From positions 13,020,001 to 13,084,000 of the forward strand of contig NC_135761.1 of the NCBI RefSeq assembly GCF_052425735.1: a DNA stretch of 64,000 nucleotides, in the 5' to 3' direction. Position 1 is the first letter of the stretch. Every line of letters starts with the position of its first letter. Both the position numbers and the translations under genes were made by a program. A model generated the notes under the pieces. It had not been told where the DNA came from. It saw only the letters and a program-made list of their open reading frames with translations, and did no database searches. Source of the stretch: Oculina patagonica (taxonomy: Eukaryota). Below are positions 49,315 through 60,810 of the stretch, one piece after another.

Positions 49315-49469
49315 AGGTGGATTTCCACTGACGCGTAATTTTTTACGGGCGTAAAAAAATTAGCGACAATGTATGAAAGACTTGCGCACACGTTGACGCA
49401 AGTCGTTCATGCATTGTCTCTAAATTTTTTTACGCACGTAAAAAAATACGCGTCAGTGGAAATCCACCT
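49315..49469. mobile_element. PIF/Harbinger-like MITE (TCA TSD), absent from the left arm
   Basis: aggtggatttccactgacgcgta / tacgcgtcagtggaaatccacct. Confidence 0.85.
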
Positions 49470-50256
49470 TCAGTGTTGGTTCAGGGTGTTGATATTTCGT
49501 CTGACATTTTTTAACCGGCAAAACAACATTAACCAGGCGTGGGGGGGAGGGGTACGGAGTGTTTGGCGGAATGTTAAGAAAACAGATTGTTGATGCTTCA
49601 ATGCCCATACTTTCAGTGCCTGAATTTTAGAACAAGCCAGTGTTAAAATGAACTTGGTGAAGGAAAAACGCAGTTTAAAAACTGACAGGATGAGGGTCGA
49701 CCTTCTGAACTTAGGAAATGATCAGAACTTGATATTTGGATATTTAGGCAATTGATTAAAGTAGTGTTATGTGTTGAGACATTAATGTTTCGAACACTGT
49801 GCCGGTTCGAGGATGAGATATTAGAAGTAACTCCACACTGCTTTACGGGAAATTGTGACTCTTAAATTTCTCTTTAATCGTACTCAATAGTTAAACTATA
49901 ACAAACAAACAAAAATATAACTTGATACGTCTCAAAAAAGCTCGCCATAAATCTTGAACTCGACGGTAAATGTTATTGTTATACAATAATTTCTACTCAC
50001 AATTCTATTTGTCACTCCCGTGAAAGATACTTGTAAAAGGACCTTGTACTTGTAACTCACTTAAGACTAAAACAATTACCGCTTTACTTTACGATTCTTT
50101 ACGTTCTTAATGCCCCTAAAGGGACTCGGTCCATTACACCTTCTTATAAATTAAAATAATCTTACATATGTGCAAAACAATTGACATTGACAAAACGTTA
50201 TTTAAACACGGTTGAAACATCAGTAAAAAATGATAAAAAATTCCTAGAATACTCTT

Positions 50257-50691
50257 TTACGTGTTTGCCGTGTGGGTGCCCGTTGAGGAGTAAAAGTCAT
50301 TAATTTCCTTTCTAAATCTTGCAAGGGTTAATGGCTTAAGTAGTTTAGATGGTAGTCTATTCCAAAGAACCGCCCCGGAATAACCAAAACTGCGTTTAAG
50401 ATAATTAGTTCTTGGTTTAGGTACTTGCAGGATGTTCTCAGAGTTACAGATACTGTAGAAAAAATCACGAGCAGAGAACAGATCTTGCATGTATGGGGGC
50501 GTTAGTTTGTTTAGAGGTCTGTTTAGTGTTCTAAACATGATAACTGCCATTTGTTTTGTTCGGCTAACTGAGATCCTGTCCCATCCCTGAAGCATGTCAA
50601 GGAGAGCAAGGAGAGGATCTGCATTAGCAACATAGCTAGATTTCGTAATTATCCTTGCAGCGCGCGGTTTTGTAGTTTTTGCAACTTTCAA
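50257..50691 (-). mobile_element. L2/CR1-type LINE ORF2 3' fragment (duplicate of 1598-2008)
   Basis: RAARIITKSSY...PKPRTNYLKRSFGYSGAVLWNRLP. Confidence 0.8.
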
Positions 50692-51780
50692 AATTTGGAC
50701 GCTACTCGTTTGCTCATTGGGAAAATGACATTTACATTGGGAACCTTTTTAATTTTCACTTGATTCCTGAAGCGTAAAAATATACCAAATTGCGGTTTAA
50801 ATTTGTTGGCAGAGAGATTTTAAAAACTGTTCAACACCATTAGAGTATTTCCCATAGGACTTGTGATAGGCTATTAATAAAATTTTAAAATTGGCCAATT
50901 AAAGTATATATAATAATTATAAGGTGCCAAAAAATTAAGTAGAACTTTTAACATATTTTAGGTCAGATACAACAATACAATACAAATTTTATTGTCATCT
51001 CCCCATGGGGGCTTTTCAGAGACAATGAAAAAAACCAACAATAAATACAATAAATTGTCTATAAAAAATTATTGATAAAACTATTTACAATGATAGAATA
51101 AAAATTCTTAGAAATGCTAAAATTGTTTAAAAAATAGTTGCTAAAACTAATCACATGTAGAGTTTATAACATTAAAAAAACTGATTTACAACCATATTTT
51201 AAACTAATATAAAGTATATTAGTACTGACCAAACAATACCTCTCACAAGAAAACAGATTTGCCGGAATCTTTAACTTTTTTTTTTCTTTCACACAGCTTC
51301 CACATTTACAGAACGACGGCCAAGTTGTGACTTTCAAAACATATGTCGCAAATTCCTGTCCTCTCTTGAGCTTGCAGGTATTACAAATTATTGTTAGATT
51401 AATAATTAATAATATTGCAATAGAAACCGGCTAAAACTAAAGGTGACTATTAGTGTAATTTCCACAGGTGAACACAAGACTTGGACCTTCTAACAGTCAT
51501 AGGAGGCGGAGCAGGGGAGCTGAAACTCCCTTAAATGAACCGGTTTTTTGGGGGGTGTGTGTGTGGGGGGGGGGGGGGGTCAGCCCCCCACGTTTTGGTG
51601 TCGAAAATATCGCGAGCGCAAAATTGAAAATTGACTGCTAACTGCCAAGGCTTTTGGACCAAGACGCATTTGATCATATTTAGATGTTAATTTGTGCCAT
51701 ATTAATTATTATTATTATTACGATTATTATAAATTTATTATTATTATCATAATAATAATAATAATTATTATTATTATTAA

Positions 51781-52070
51781 AAAACAAACATCGGCCGAAG
51801 CAGTGAAAAACAACTATCAGACCTGAGCAAGAAAATCGATCACACGCTTCAACCAGTATTTTTAAAAGTCGCAATATCTGTGAAAACCTTAAGATGCGTT
51901 AACCAAACCCATCTTTAATTAACCAACAGTGCGGGTTCTCCGCAACGCGAAAGCATTTAAAAAACGGTCGAGGCCTTAATAACATCGGCGACCTTACCAG
52001 TAACTTTTCCGTCCTAAAGAAATGCAACGGAAAACTGGACTGTTTTATTTACGAAATGCTGTTTATTAGC
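51781..52070 (+). mobile_element. Penelope-like fragment (linker/GIY-YIG region)
   Basis: SAEAVKKQLSDLSKKIDHTLQPVF...INQQC and NFSVLKKCNGKLDCFIYEMLFI. Confidence 0.7.
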
Positions 52071-52274
52071 TCATTTTTATTCTGAAATGATGACGATGAT
52101 AATAAAAAACACGGTGGTTTTGTAAATCGCATGCGGCCATAAGAAACTCAGTGACACATCGATTGACTAAAAATTATTGAGTTCCCTTCAGACCGGACCT
52201 TTTTTTTTAAGAGGATTCTCAGAATTGCTCAAAAGTCATCAACGATAAAACAAAGGTCCCAGATAACTGTATTA

Positions 52275-55200
52275 TGGGTTCAGCCAGTTGGCATGGGTGG
52301 CAGGCTCGGATTAATTGTTTAACTTGTTTGTTAAGGTCTGGCCACCACAATTTCTCTCTTAATCGAGATTTTGTTCGCACCATCCCTTGGTGGCCCACAT
52401 GAGCAATTTGAATGGTCTGATTCCACAACTTTTCTGGAATGACAACTTTGTTTCCTCTCATAACCAGCTGTCCCATTTTCTAGAGTTCATCTTTAACGGC
52501 TTTGTAGGTTGTTCCCTGGAGTAAACCAAAGGTTATGACCTGTCGAACCAGCTACAGGGTTAGGTGTCGTTCTGATTCTCTCTCAACTTGGCGAGGTGCT
52601 AGTGCTGCAGGTATGGCATCAGCAACTATGCTGCGTGCATATTCTTCTGTCTGTTTGATGGATGCATCAGGAGCACTATCTACTGGCAATCTGTTCAATG
52701 CGTCAGCGGTGTTTTCTCTGCCAGGGATGTGTCTCATGCTAAACGTGAACTGATGCATGTATATTATCCATCTTTCAATTCTTGCTGAAGGTGGTTTTGA
52801 ATGGGGACCAAACACAGCGAGAAGCGGCTTATGGTCAGTGCAAATTTCGAACTAATTTCCATGGATTTACAGGAAGAATTTTTCACATTCCTTCTTCACC
52901 GCCAGTGCCTCCCTCTCAAATTGAGAATATCTGCTTTCGGCTGGAGTTAGTGTTCGACTAGCATAGTGTACAGGTCTGTACAGGCCATCATCTTGCTTCT
53001 GTTCCAAGACAGCCCCGATACCACTAGTAAGGCGTCTGTGGTGACACGGGTCTCCGCTCCTTGTTTGAAGAATGCCATGACTGGTTCATGCGTAATCTGC
53101 AGTTTGACTGCTTGGGAAGCCTTCTCTTCAGCACTGTCCCGTTTCCACTTGACTTGACTTGGTCAGATCCCAGAGTGGGCTGGCAATGATCGCAAAGCTT
53201 GGAATGAAACTTCATAATAGTGTGCCAAACCAAGGAAGTTTCGCAGCTCTTACTGGTCCTTTAGTCTTGCACAATTTCTTCGACTCTGTCACCAGAAACT
53301 TGCAATTCCTTGTCAGTTAATAAGTTACCAAGGTACTCCATACTACTCACACCGATCTGGCACTTGTCGTTATTCAGTGTTAAGCCACTCTCTTCTAGTT
53401 TTCGTCATCACTTGATCAGCTTTGATTCGACCTTTCATTATGCTGTTCTTCAGAAACGCCAACTACACGGATGTCATCATGAATATTGTGAGCAGAAGGA
53501 CAATCTTTGAGTACCTGCCGGATGATGTGTTGAAATTTCTCAGTGGCCAAAGTGACACCAAATATCAGACACTTGTAGCGATACAGACCATTAGGTCCTG
53601 CAAAAGTGGTTATGTCTCTTGACTCCGGAGCAAGCTCTACTTGGTGAAATGTCATGTTCAAATCTAACTTGGAGAACACTTTTGCCCCTGAAATTTCTTG
53701 CAGTGTCTCTTCAATGGTAGGCACAGGCTGTTTCTCTTTTAGTATCGCTCGATTGGCCTGCCTCATGTATAAGCTTATGCAAACATCGCCATTTGGCTTT
53801 TCGACACTAACAAAGGGATTGATTCAACTTTTGGGACCGTTCACTTCCTTTATCACATCAAGCGCTTCAATGTTCTAGTTTTGTCAACAACCTTTTGTTT
53901 TCTGCTGAACGGAATTTTTCGTATGACTTGAGCAACTGGGGTGACACTTTCGTCTACATGCAGTAATCACATGTGGGTACTTTGACTTTAGAGCAGCCTT
54001 CTTATCAGTAATGTTTTTGGATTCACAAGCATTTACGGACACACCTACTTTCAGGAAATTTAATTTTTCAGAAGAGCTTCTGCCCAGCAACGTGTCTGCG
54101 GTGCCCGGCATTACGAAGAACTCAGCTTTCAACGAAGTTTGTGTATCAGGTACACTAATGTTCAACATGCATTTTCCATTAAGCTTTAATGGCTCCTGAG
54201 ATGCATAAGCATAAACTTTCCTGACCGTCTCTAACAACTCTAGCTTTCCTTTGCACACTTTATCAAACACTTGCTCATACATTAAGTTGCAGGTAGCACC
54301 TGAGTCTATGATGACACTGACAAGTTCACTTTCAAACATAAGAGGTAACGTGTTTGACTCACCTTCGGAGGCGCTGAAGACAAAGAATCTATCACCTTCA
54401 CTTACTTCACTTCCTTCCACGTCACCTTGGTCAGGCTGGTCGCCTATGGTTCGTACGCCTTCTCGTTTTCTTCCAGATTTGCCTTTTCCCTTGCCCTGTT
54501 TATCCTGTTTCGTGCGACAACAGACCTCCATGTGCCCACGATTTCCACATTTGCTGCAAGTATGGTTACGAGAAACTACAATGTGACTTGGCTTATCGCA
54601 TCTCCAACATTTGCCCTGCCATGGCTGCTTGGCCTTCGCTCCTTTATCGCCCTTACTTCGGCTTTCCCAGGTACGATTCACAGGCTCTTTGCTAACGAGA
54701 ACCATGACATCCTTATGGTGATAGGTGCTCACCATTTCCAGAAGTCTGGTCAGACTAAGGCTTTCTTCGCAGTAAAATTTGCTTTTCATTTCCTTATTCG
54801 TGACATGCAAAATTACAATATCTGTCACCTGGTTGTTCGCCATAGTCGCAGTGTTTTGCCAAACTTTTTAAGAGCGTAACGAAGTTGTTGATCGTTTCGC
54901 CCGGATTTGGTTTGCTTGCAAGCAGTTTTTGTCTCGCTAGAGTTACATTCTTCTTAACTTTGAAATGTCAGCGCTTTATCGAACTCTTAAGCGTCACCTC
55001 GCACTTCGACTGACTACGAAGATTTCACGGACTCCTGGGCCAGCGAGATGCAAGAGTAAAGCTTGCTTTTGCAGTTTGTTTTCTACTTTGGAAGCTGCCA
55101 CATACAGTTCGAACTCAGCTTTCCACTTGTCAAAGCGCTGTGCTAGTGTGGCCGGTTCTCCAATGCAGTCGAAAGGCTGGGGCGGATCCAGGATTTCGAG

Positions 55201-56096
55201 AAGGGGGGTTCGAACAAATGGGACCGCTGAAGGCGGGCCCATCTGGGGCGGTCCGGGGGCATGCTCCCCCGGGAAATTTTGAAATTTAAGTCCTCGGAAA
55301 TGCGATTTCCATCGTTTTGAGGGATGATTGTGGACGGTTTATAACTCAACAAACCATCTATTTTTAAAGCTATGGACTACGTTTAAGACTTTACAACAAT
55401 CAACTGACACCTACAAAATGAAACTAAAATCACTGTAATATAAGTTGTCTTCGCTATTTAATGTGTTCTAAAAAGTCACGCTTAAGACTCCTCAAAAATG
55501 GGATTAACGAGTAACATTCTACGAGGTTGTTGTTCGGCTAATTTAGGAACTATAGCTTCGTAATCGACAGGCTTTTCATAATGCATATGAATACTCATTG
55601 AAGTCAGGCCAAGGAGTCTCTCGGCTGTCATCGTGGTCTACAGTAAAGGTAACGCTTGACTAGTTTTAAAGTGCTGCTTGAGCGGAATTATACATGCAAT
55701 TCGCAACAACAGGTGGATGTTCGGAAAGATTTCTGGATCACGAGCATGTAGATAGACAGAATGTGTAATTAATAAAGTTGTCAATTGTTAACCTAAGGGA
55801 AATTTGAACAAAAGCAAATTGAGTTTCTTCGAAGCTGTAAGGCAGGTTGAAGCGCGTCTGGTTTGATCATTTTGATTGCCATGATTGCCAGTTTCTCATC
55901 CAACGATCATGTTCAATGTCGAGAGTCTGTGGGCTTGGGAGAGCTGACATATACATCTCGGAGACTTAAGCAATGTCTACATTTGTGCCCGCATCAATGG
56001 AAGGAAGCGCTTATGTAAAAAAAAATTAGACTGGCATTTTGTTTCGTTCACTTATGTTTTTTCGTCAGAAACCGCTCGTGTTAGAATGTTTTTTCT

Positions 56097-56132
<36 letters not shown>

Positions 56133-56339
56133 CCCCTGGATCCGCCCCAGAAAGGAGAGATACAAGGTTATCCACTTAATGTGACCGCCATCCTCGTCGG
56201 CAAAATTTAGCATTTGCAGAACAAACAGAGACACGATTTAACAACATAACGTTTTAGTCCGCCATTCAAGATGGCCTCCTTGTGAAAAGCTCATGGTCAC
56301 TTCCAAATAAGGAAATACCATACATGGACATACACTACA
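52275..56339 (-). mobile_element. Degenerate Ty3/Gypsy LTR retrotransposon (gag-PR-RT-RH-IN), 3'-truncated
   Basis: gag start MAVTLSG at 56191; CCHC knuckles; VIIDSGA protease; KVFSKLDL/IHDDI RT; YSQFEREALAV RNase H; HVGHQG..CHPC integrase; PBS-like TGCCGACGAGG at 56192-56202; probable LTR 56206-56339. Confidence 0.9.
55177..56150 (-). mobile_element. hAT-type transposon remnant inserted in Gypsy gag, 5-bp TSD
   Basis: 16-bp TIRs CTGGGGCGGATCCAGG; AAAGG duplicated; degenerate hAT dimerisation motif (STLKLVK..L) on the minus strand at ~55580-55685. Confidence 0.75.
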
Positions 56340-56383
56340 GTTGCTTGGCACATATCATTTACCATCAATTGACTTTCTTTCAG

Positions 56384-56522
56384 ATGCATTCTTTGATCCA
56401 AACTACGACATGTGTTACTGTACTGAGTGTCACGAAGCCCGGGGCGATAAGCTCTACTACACTCGCGGGGATCCTCCAAAGGCCTATGGGATTCCAATAG
56501 GATGGTGTCGATTTGGGCTCAA
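56384..56522 (+). CDS. NEURL4-type ADP-ribosyltransferase-like gene, first visible exon
   Basis: tttcag|(D)AFFDPNYDMCYCTECHEARGDKLYYTRGDPPKAYGIPIGWCRFGLK|gtaaat. Confidence 0.8.
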
Positions 56523-56850
56523 GTAAATATACCGCTTGATAAGTTTAAGCTACATTCAGAGTTGAGAATAGAGTAGTAAAACTTCATAATAATGTTGTAG
56601 ACACTTTTGAAGTTGAAGCCCAATTGGAAGTTCGAATTTCTCACACATATATTTCCCATTTCATAATTATAGCAACACGGCACACACTGAAGGACCAACT
56701 CCAAACAAACACTAAAATAATTATGTAGTTTACGAGTAAATCAGTGTGTTCCTACAATGATTTCAATACTCTTCTTTGAATTTCTACGAGATAAGTCGGA
56801 TAGGTGAATTCGTGAAGTTTTCTTCCTTTTAAACATACATATATTTTTAG

Positions 56851-56966
56851 GGAGCAACCTCGAGCTTCTGCCCTTGGTGTGTTTGACAAATGGCACGTAG
56901 CATTCCATGGCACAAGACTGTCAAGCGTCAATGCAATCCTTAAATGTGGCGATCTTCTTATTCCAG
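56851..56966 (+). CDS. NEURL4-type ART-like gene exon (FHGT motif)
   Basis: EQPRASALGVFDKWHVAFHGTRLSSVNAILKCGDLLIP; phases 2 and 1 match the neighbouring exons. Confidence 0.82.
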
Positions 56967-57579
56967 GTTTATAATTATTTATATCTGTGTGTGTGTGTTT
57001 TACCATAAATGTGCTAATTTACTTCCTTCAATTCCTGTGAGCGTTCCGGCTTCTTTTGAAAACTCAGAGAAAAAGTTGTGCATTTCATCGCAATCCACTG
57101 TTCGAAAAATGCAATAATTTAAGTGTTTAGGTACCCAAGGTGCTCAAAGGCGACCAGCACAATATCCTCTTTTGTCCATGCTCAGTTAAGATGATAGAAG
57201 GAACTGTTTTTCTAACATTGTATGCAGTTTATTCTCTTTATTATGTTTCTTGTACCAAGTTTTGTAACGTATACCTGCAGGTTTTTAGCGTTTATTTGTA
57301 GGAAATTCAGGGGGGAGATCTTCTGATTTGATTTTTGTTTTTAATCTAATTTGCAATTAAATTTGATCAATGCACGATATTTTCACTGGGTTAGCCTTGA
57401 TTCATATTGCTAGGCTAGTGTCTGGCGTGCAGAACAAATCCTGAACCTCCTCAAACAATTTCCACCTTGCAAAGTTTATCCTGTGCTTGCAAAAATGCCA
57501 TCCCTGATTTAGTTATCGATATGCAATGCAATTGCAATTGCAATTTTAATTTTAATGTCCATACGTGGGACGAGGTCTC

Positions 57580-58215
57580 CCTCAATGTCCGAGCCAAAGG
57601 CTCATGTATAAAACGTAGAACTAAACGTGAATTAAAATAGACTTAAGTATATGCTATTAAAAATATATATATATAAAAAAATAAATAAAAAATAAAAAAA
57701 AATTCTCCCACCCATTAAAAAAAGAATGAAAAACAAGAACAATACTAATACCACCCCCCTTCCCTTACCCCATACTGTATAATTAGTTTGAATCAATGAT
57801 CAAGTGATAAAATATATATAAACGCACAAGGATAAAAACTGATAAAAATACATCAAAGGGTTAAAATATAAGTAGATCTAAGATAAACAATGGCTACATT
57901 TACAGCTTGTCTTAAAATTATCAAGATTAAAAGTGTTCAACCTTTTGCGAAAATCGTTTAAGTTCGTTGATTGTTTGATGTAAACAGGGAGTTGGTTCCA
58001 TAAGTGTGTTAATTTATATGTAAAAGAATTATGGTAAAATCTGTTATTATATGAGGGTTGGACAAGGTTGTGACCTCCGTTCCTTAAGCTATAACGCAAG
58101 GTACGTTGTTCAAATAAGTTTGAAATGTAGCTAGGTCCGTTGTTCTTAACGCAGTTAAATAAAAGATATAGCGACTGCAGAAGTCTTCTATTTTCAAGAG
58201 ACTGCATATTAGCTA
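57580..58215 (-). mobile_element. L2/CR1-type LINE 3' fragment in ART intron
   Basis: SLENRRLLQSLYLLFNCV...FYHNSFTYKLTHLWNQLP (ORF 57878-58207). Confidence 0.75.
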
Positions 58216-58607
58216 ATGACCAAAGTGTGGCTCTTTTTTCTTTTCTTAGACGTGAGTATCAAACTGTTCAGTGAAGAAACCCACCTTCCATTTGCTGAAT
58301 CGATGCAAATGTTGGCGCAATTTGTTAGAATTCATAGAAGCGTACCGGCCACACCTGTTTCACCCCCAGGAGGAACATGCGTGAAATTACAGTACATTTC
58401 CAGCAAGTTTTAGCCAAGGTTAAATCACCATAGTTAAGACTCATTTAACCTTTTAGTTGGTCTGCTGAGCTTGTCTGAGGGCCTTCCTTTCCATAATTCG
58501 TCGGGAGATAAATGGGAAACTATAGATTAAAGAATTATAATAGACTCCTTTGATTCGTTATACTTTTTAATCTAGCACTTTTCTTCATATTTCATTTCTC
58601 TGTGTAG

Positions 58608-58755
58608 GGGATATTGCACTCGGAGGAAGGGAATTAAGCGAGGAGGAAGGACATTTCAATGAAGATAGAAAACCGCCAGGATTTAACACAAAGCAGATCT
58701 TTGTATCACCGAGTGTTCGATACGCTGGACACGACATTTACGCACAACCCAGCAG
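58608..58755 (+). CDS. NEURL4-type ART-like gene exon (IFVSPS motif)
   Basis: GDIALGGRELSEEEGHFNEDRKPPGFNTKQIFVSPSVRYAGHDIYAQPS; phases 1 and 2 match. Confidence 0.82.
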
Positions 58756-58936
58756 GTTTTTCCGTGTCCCCTTTTTCGGTTTTGTTATTCATTTTTCTTA
58801 TTTATGTATGCATGCTTCTTTTCGGCCTCACTCCTAATACCCTAGGACACGTTTCTCCAATCCCCAATCCTCTTCCGAGTAAGAATCTAAGATGGCGCCC
58901 GATCAAAATGCGTTCGAATATGGTCACTAAATACGC

Positions 58937-59709
58937 TAGACTTGCTCCAAGTCGCTCGTTAGATTCGCAGGAGACCGCTGGATACAGAAACGGAGGGCGC
59001 GCGCGGGCATGAGAAACAAAATGGCGGAGGATCGTTGCGGAACGAGCGACTTGTCTCACCTGCAGCGCGCCAATTCTGAAATATGGCATCACCGGTGGAT
59101 TTTTCCACCGGTGACGCCATCGAGATTATGTCAATCATATTGTATTGCGCGCGAACTTACTGAGCGCGCTGTGCCCGCCAACTTAGCGCGCGCTGCTCGC
59201 GAGACAAGCTTGCGTTTAACTTTTCACCTCTTTCACCTCAGTTAAACCGTTTTAGAACAAACAACACAAATGTCTTTTTTTGTGCATGTCTCTTTTAAAT
59301 CTTACAGAAATGAGAGAGCCATCAAGGGCCTTGAGTATGATTTCCCACAAAAAAGGAAAGAAAAGCGCAATTTTAACACACGCCACAGCGCGCGTCAGCT
59401 GCACACGGCGCACGAAACTGACGTCAATACGATAAAAGAAACCAATTCATTGCACACAAGCATGATGCAATTTTTCGCGGCAATAAACGTCAGCCAGAAT
59501 CGATTTCCTGCAAGTGACACAAGTCCGAGCTTTTCCTAACTGTTTGTTTTCCTTCGCGCGCGTGTTCACAGAAATGAATCACGCGCGATCTCTCGCGCGC
59601 GATTTCAAAGGTGATTTTACTCAAGTGGTCTCTCTCGCTTGATTTCAAAGCGATTTTATTTAAGTAACTATAGATGCAAAGAAAAAACGAGCGACTTGGG
59701 ACAAGTCTA
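58937..59709. mobile_element. MITE with 24-bp imperfect TIRs and 9-bp TSD (taaatacgc)
   Basis: tagacttgctccaagtcgctcgtt / aacgagcgacttgggacaagtcta. Confidence 0.85.
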
Positions 59710-60401
59710 TAAATACGCCTGCTTTGCAGGCTAATTTTGCATTGCAAGGCTAAGTTTACTAAGGACCGGTACCGGTTCTTAATGAATTTAGCCTAAATAT
59801 CGGATCGATCTCGTCCACGTTGAGCCCAGTGTCTGTGCCACCTAGTATTCGGTCCAGTTTATTTTGATTTCTGAATGCGCCGAAAAAGCAGGTTCACACA
59901 GACGGAAGAAAAATGCTAAACTGGCCGGCCTGGGACCGGCTGTGCAGTTTTGTGTATTTTGCGAATGATTGGCTGGTGTAAATAACTGATTTCATAACTA
60001 TGATGTAGTAGAAGACCGCAGTACTGGGGCAGTCCATGTAGTGTGAAAAAATACGCATATTACCATGAACGACTGCTGTCCCGCCGGGACAAGGTTTCGG
60101 GCTGGAACCATTAAGATGCACGTGTATGTCTTTTATCTGTAGCGCACTATCACCGTGAATATGTAATATTATTATAAAAAAATCAGTGAAATACCAGGAA
60201 ATCTTTCGCGAAAAAATCATATCTTCACACGTGAAAAAGAAAAACAAGTTATTTTCATATGTGAAGATATCGATTTCGAAACATTTTCTGACAAGTTTGC
60301 CCTGTTTCAATGCTGAATGAGCCAAAGTAAATCGATATTAAGGCGAAACATCTTCACATTTGATAACTTGTTAATACATTGTTTATGGGTGTAATTTCTA
60401 G

Positions 60402-60636
60402 TTTTGAAGACCCATCGACGAAGAAGAAATTTGCTGCCAAAACAGTTCTTCAGCTGCGCATTAACCCGAAAAGTTACGAAGATGGACCACAGACAGTCGG
60501 TGCTACAGAGCAGATCGACACGCATTTTAAAAATAAGGAACTTGAATGGTCTACCAGGGAACGTGGGGCCATAATTTTATATGGACTTCTCGTTAAACTT
60601 GAAGAATGCGAAGAACTTGATTTTGTTCCCATCTAA
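60402..60636 (+). CDS. NEURL4-type ART-like gene last exon (ELEW motif)
   Basis: FEDPSTKKKFAAKTVLQLRINPKSY..GPQTVG...KELEWSTRERGAIILYGLLVKL...*; AATAAA overlaps the stop. Confidence 0.85.
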
Positions 60637-60810
60637 TAAATAATATATAGATTTAGGCAAGCCTAAAAGCGGAGCTCCCCAGTTAATTATTTTGCACTTT
60701 GTTGAAACCTGAATTCAAGCCATTGTACAATTTTAAGGCTAAGAATATAATATTCGTTTTATTTTTTTTTTTATAAATTTTAATATTGTTACTTACTTTT
60801 TTTTACCGTG

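Larger units (their letters stand above)
49067..51500 (+). repeat. Right arm of the inverted segmental duplication (partner 978-3046)
   Basis: Reverse-complement collinearity covering the kinase 3' end and the LINE fragment. Confidence 0.9.

Noticed and set aside
56384-60636. True NEURL4 orthologue
   Set aside because: No NHR-repeat exons are visible in the window; only the ART-like domain is supported
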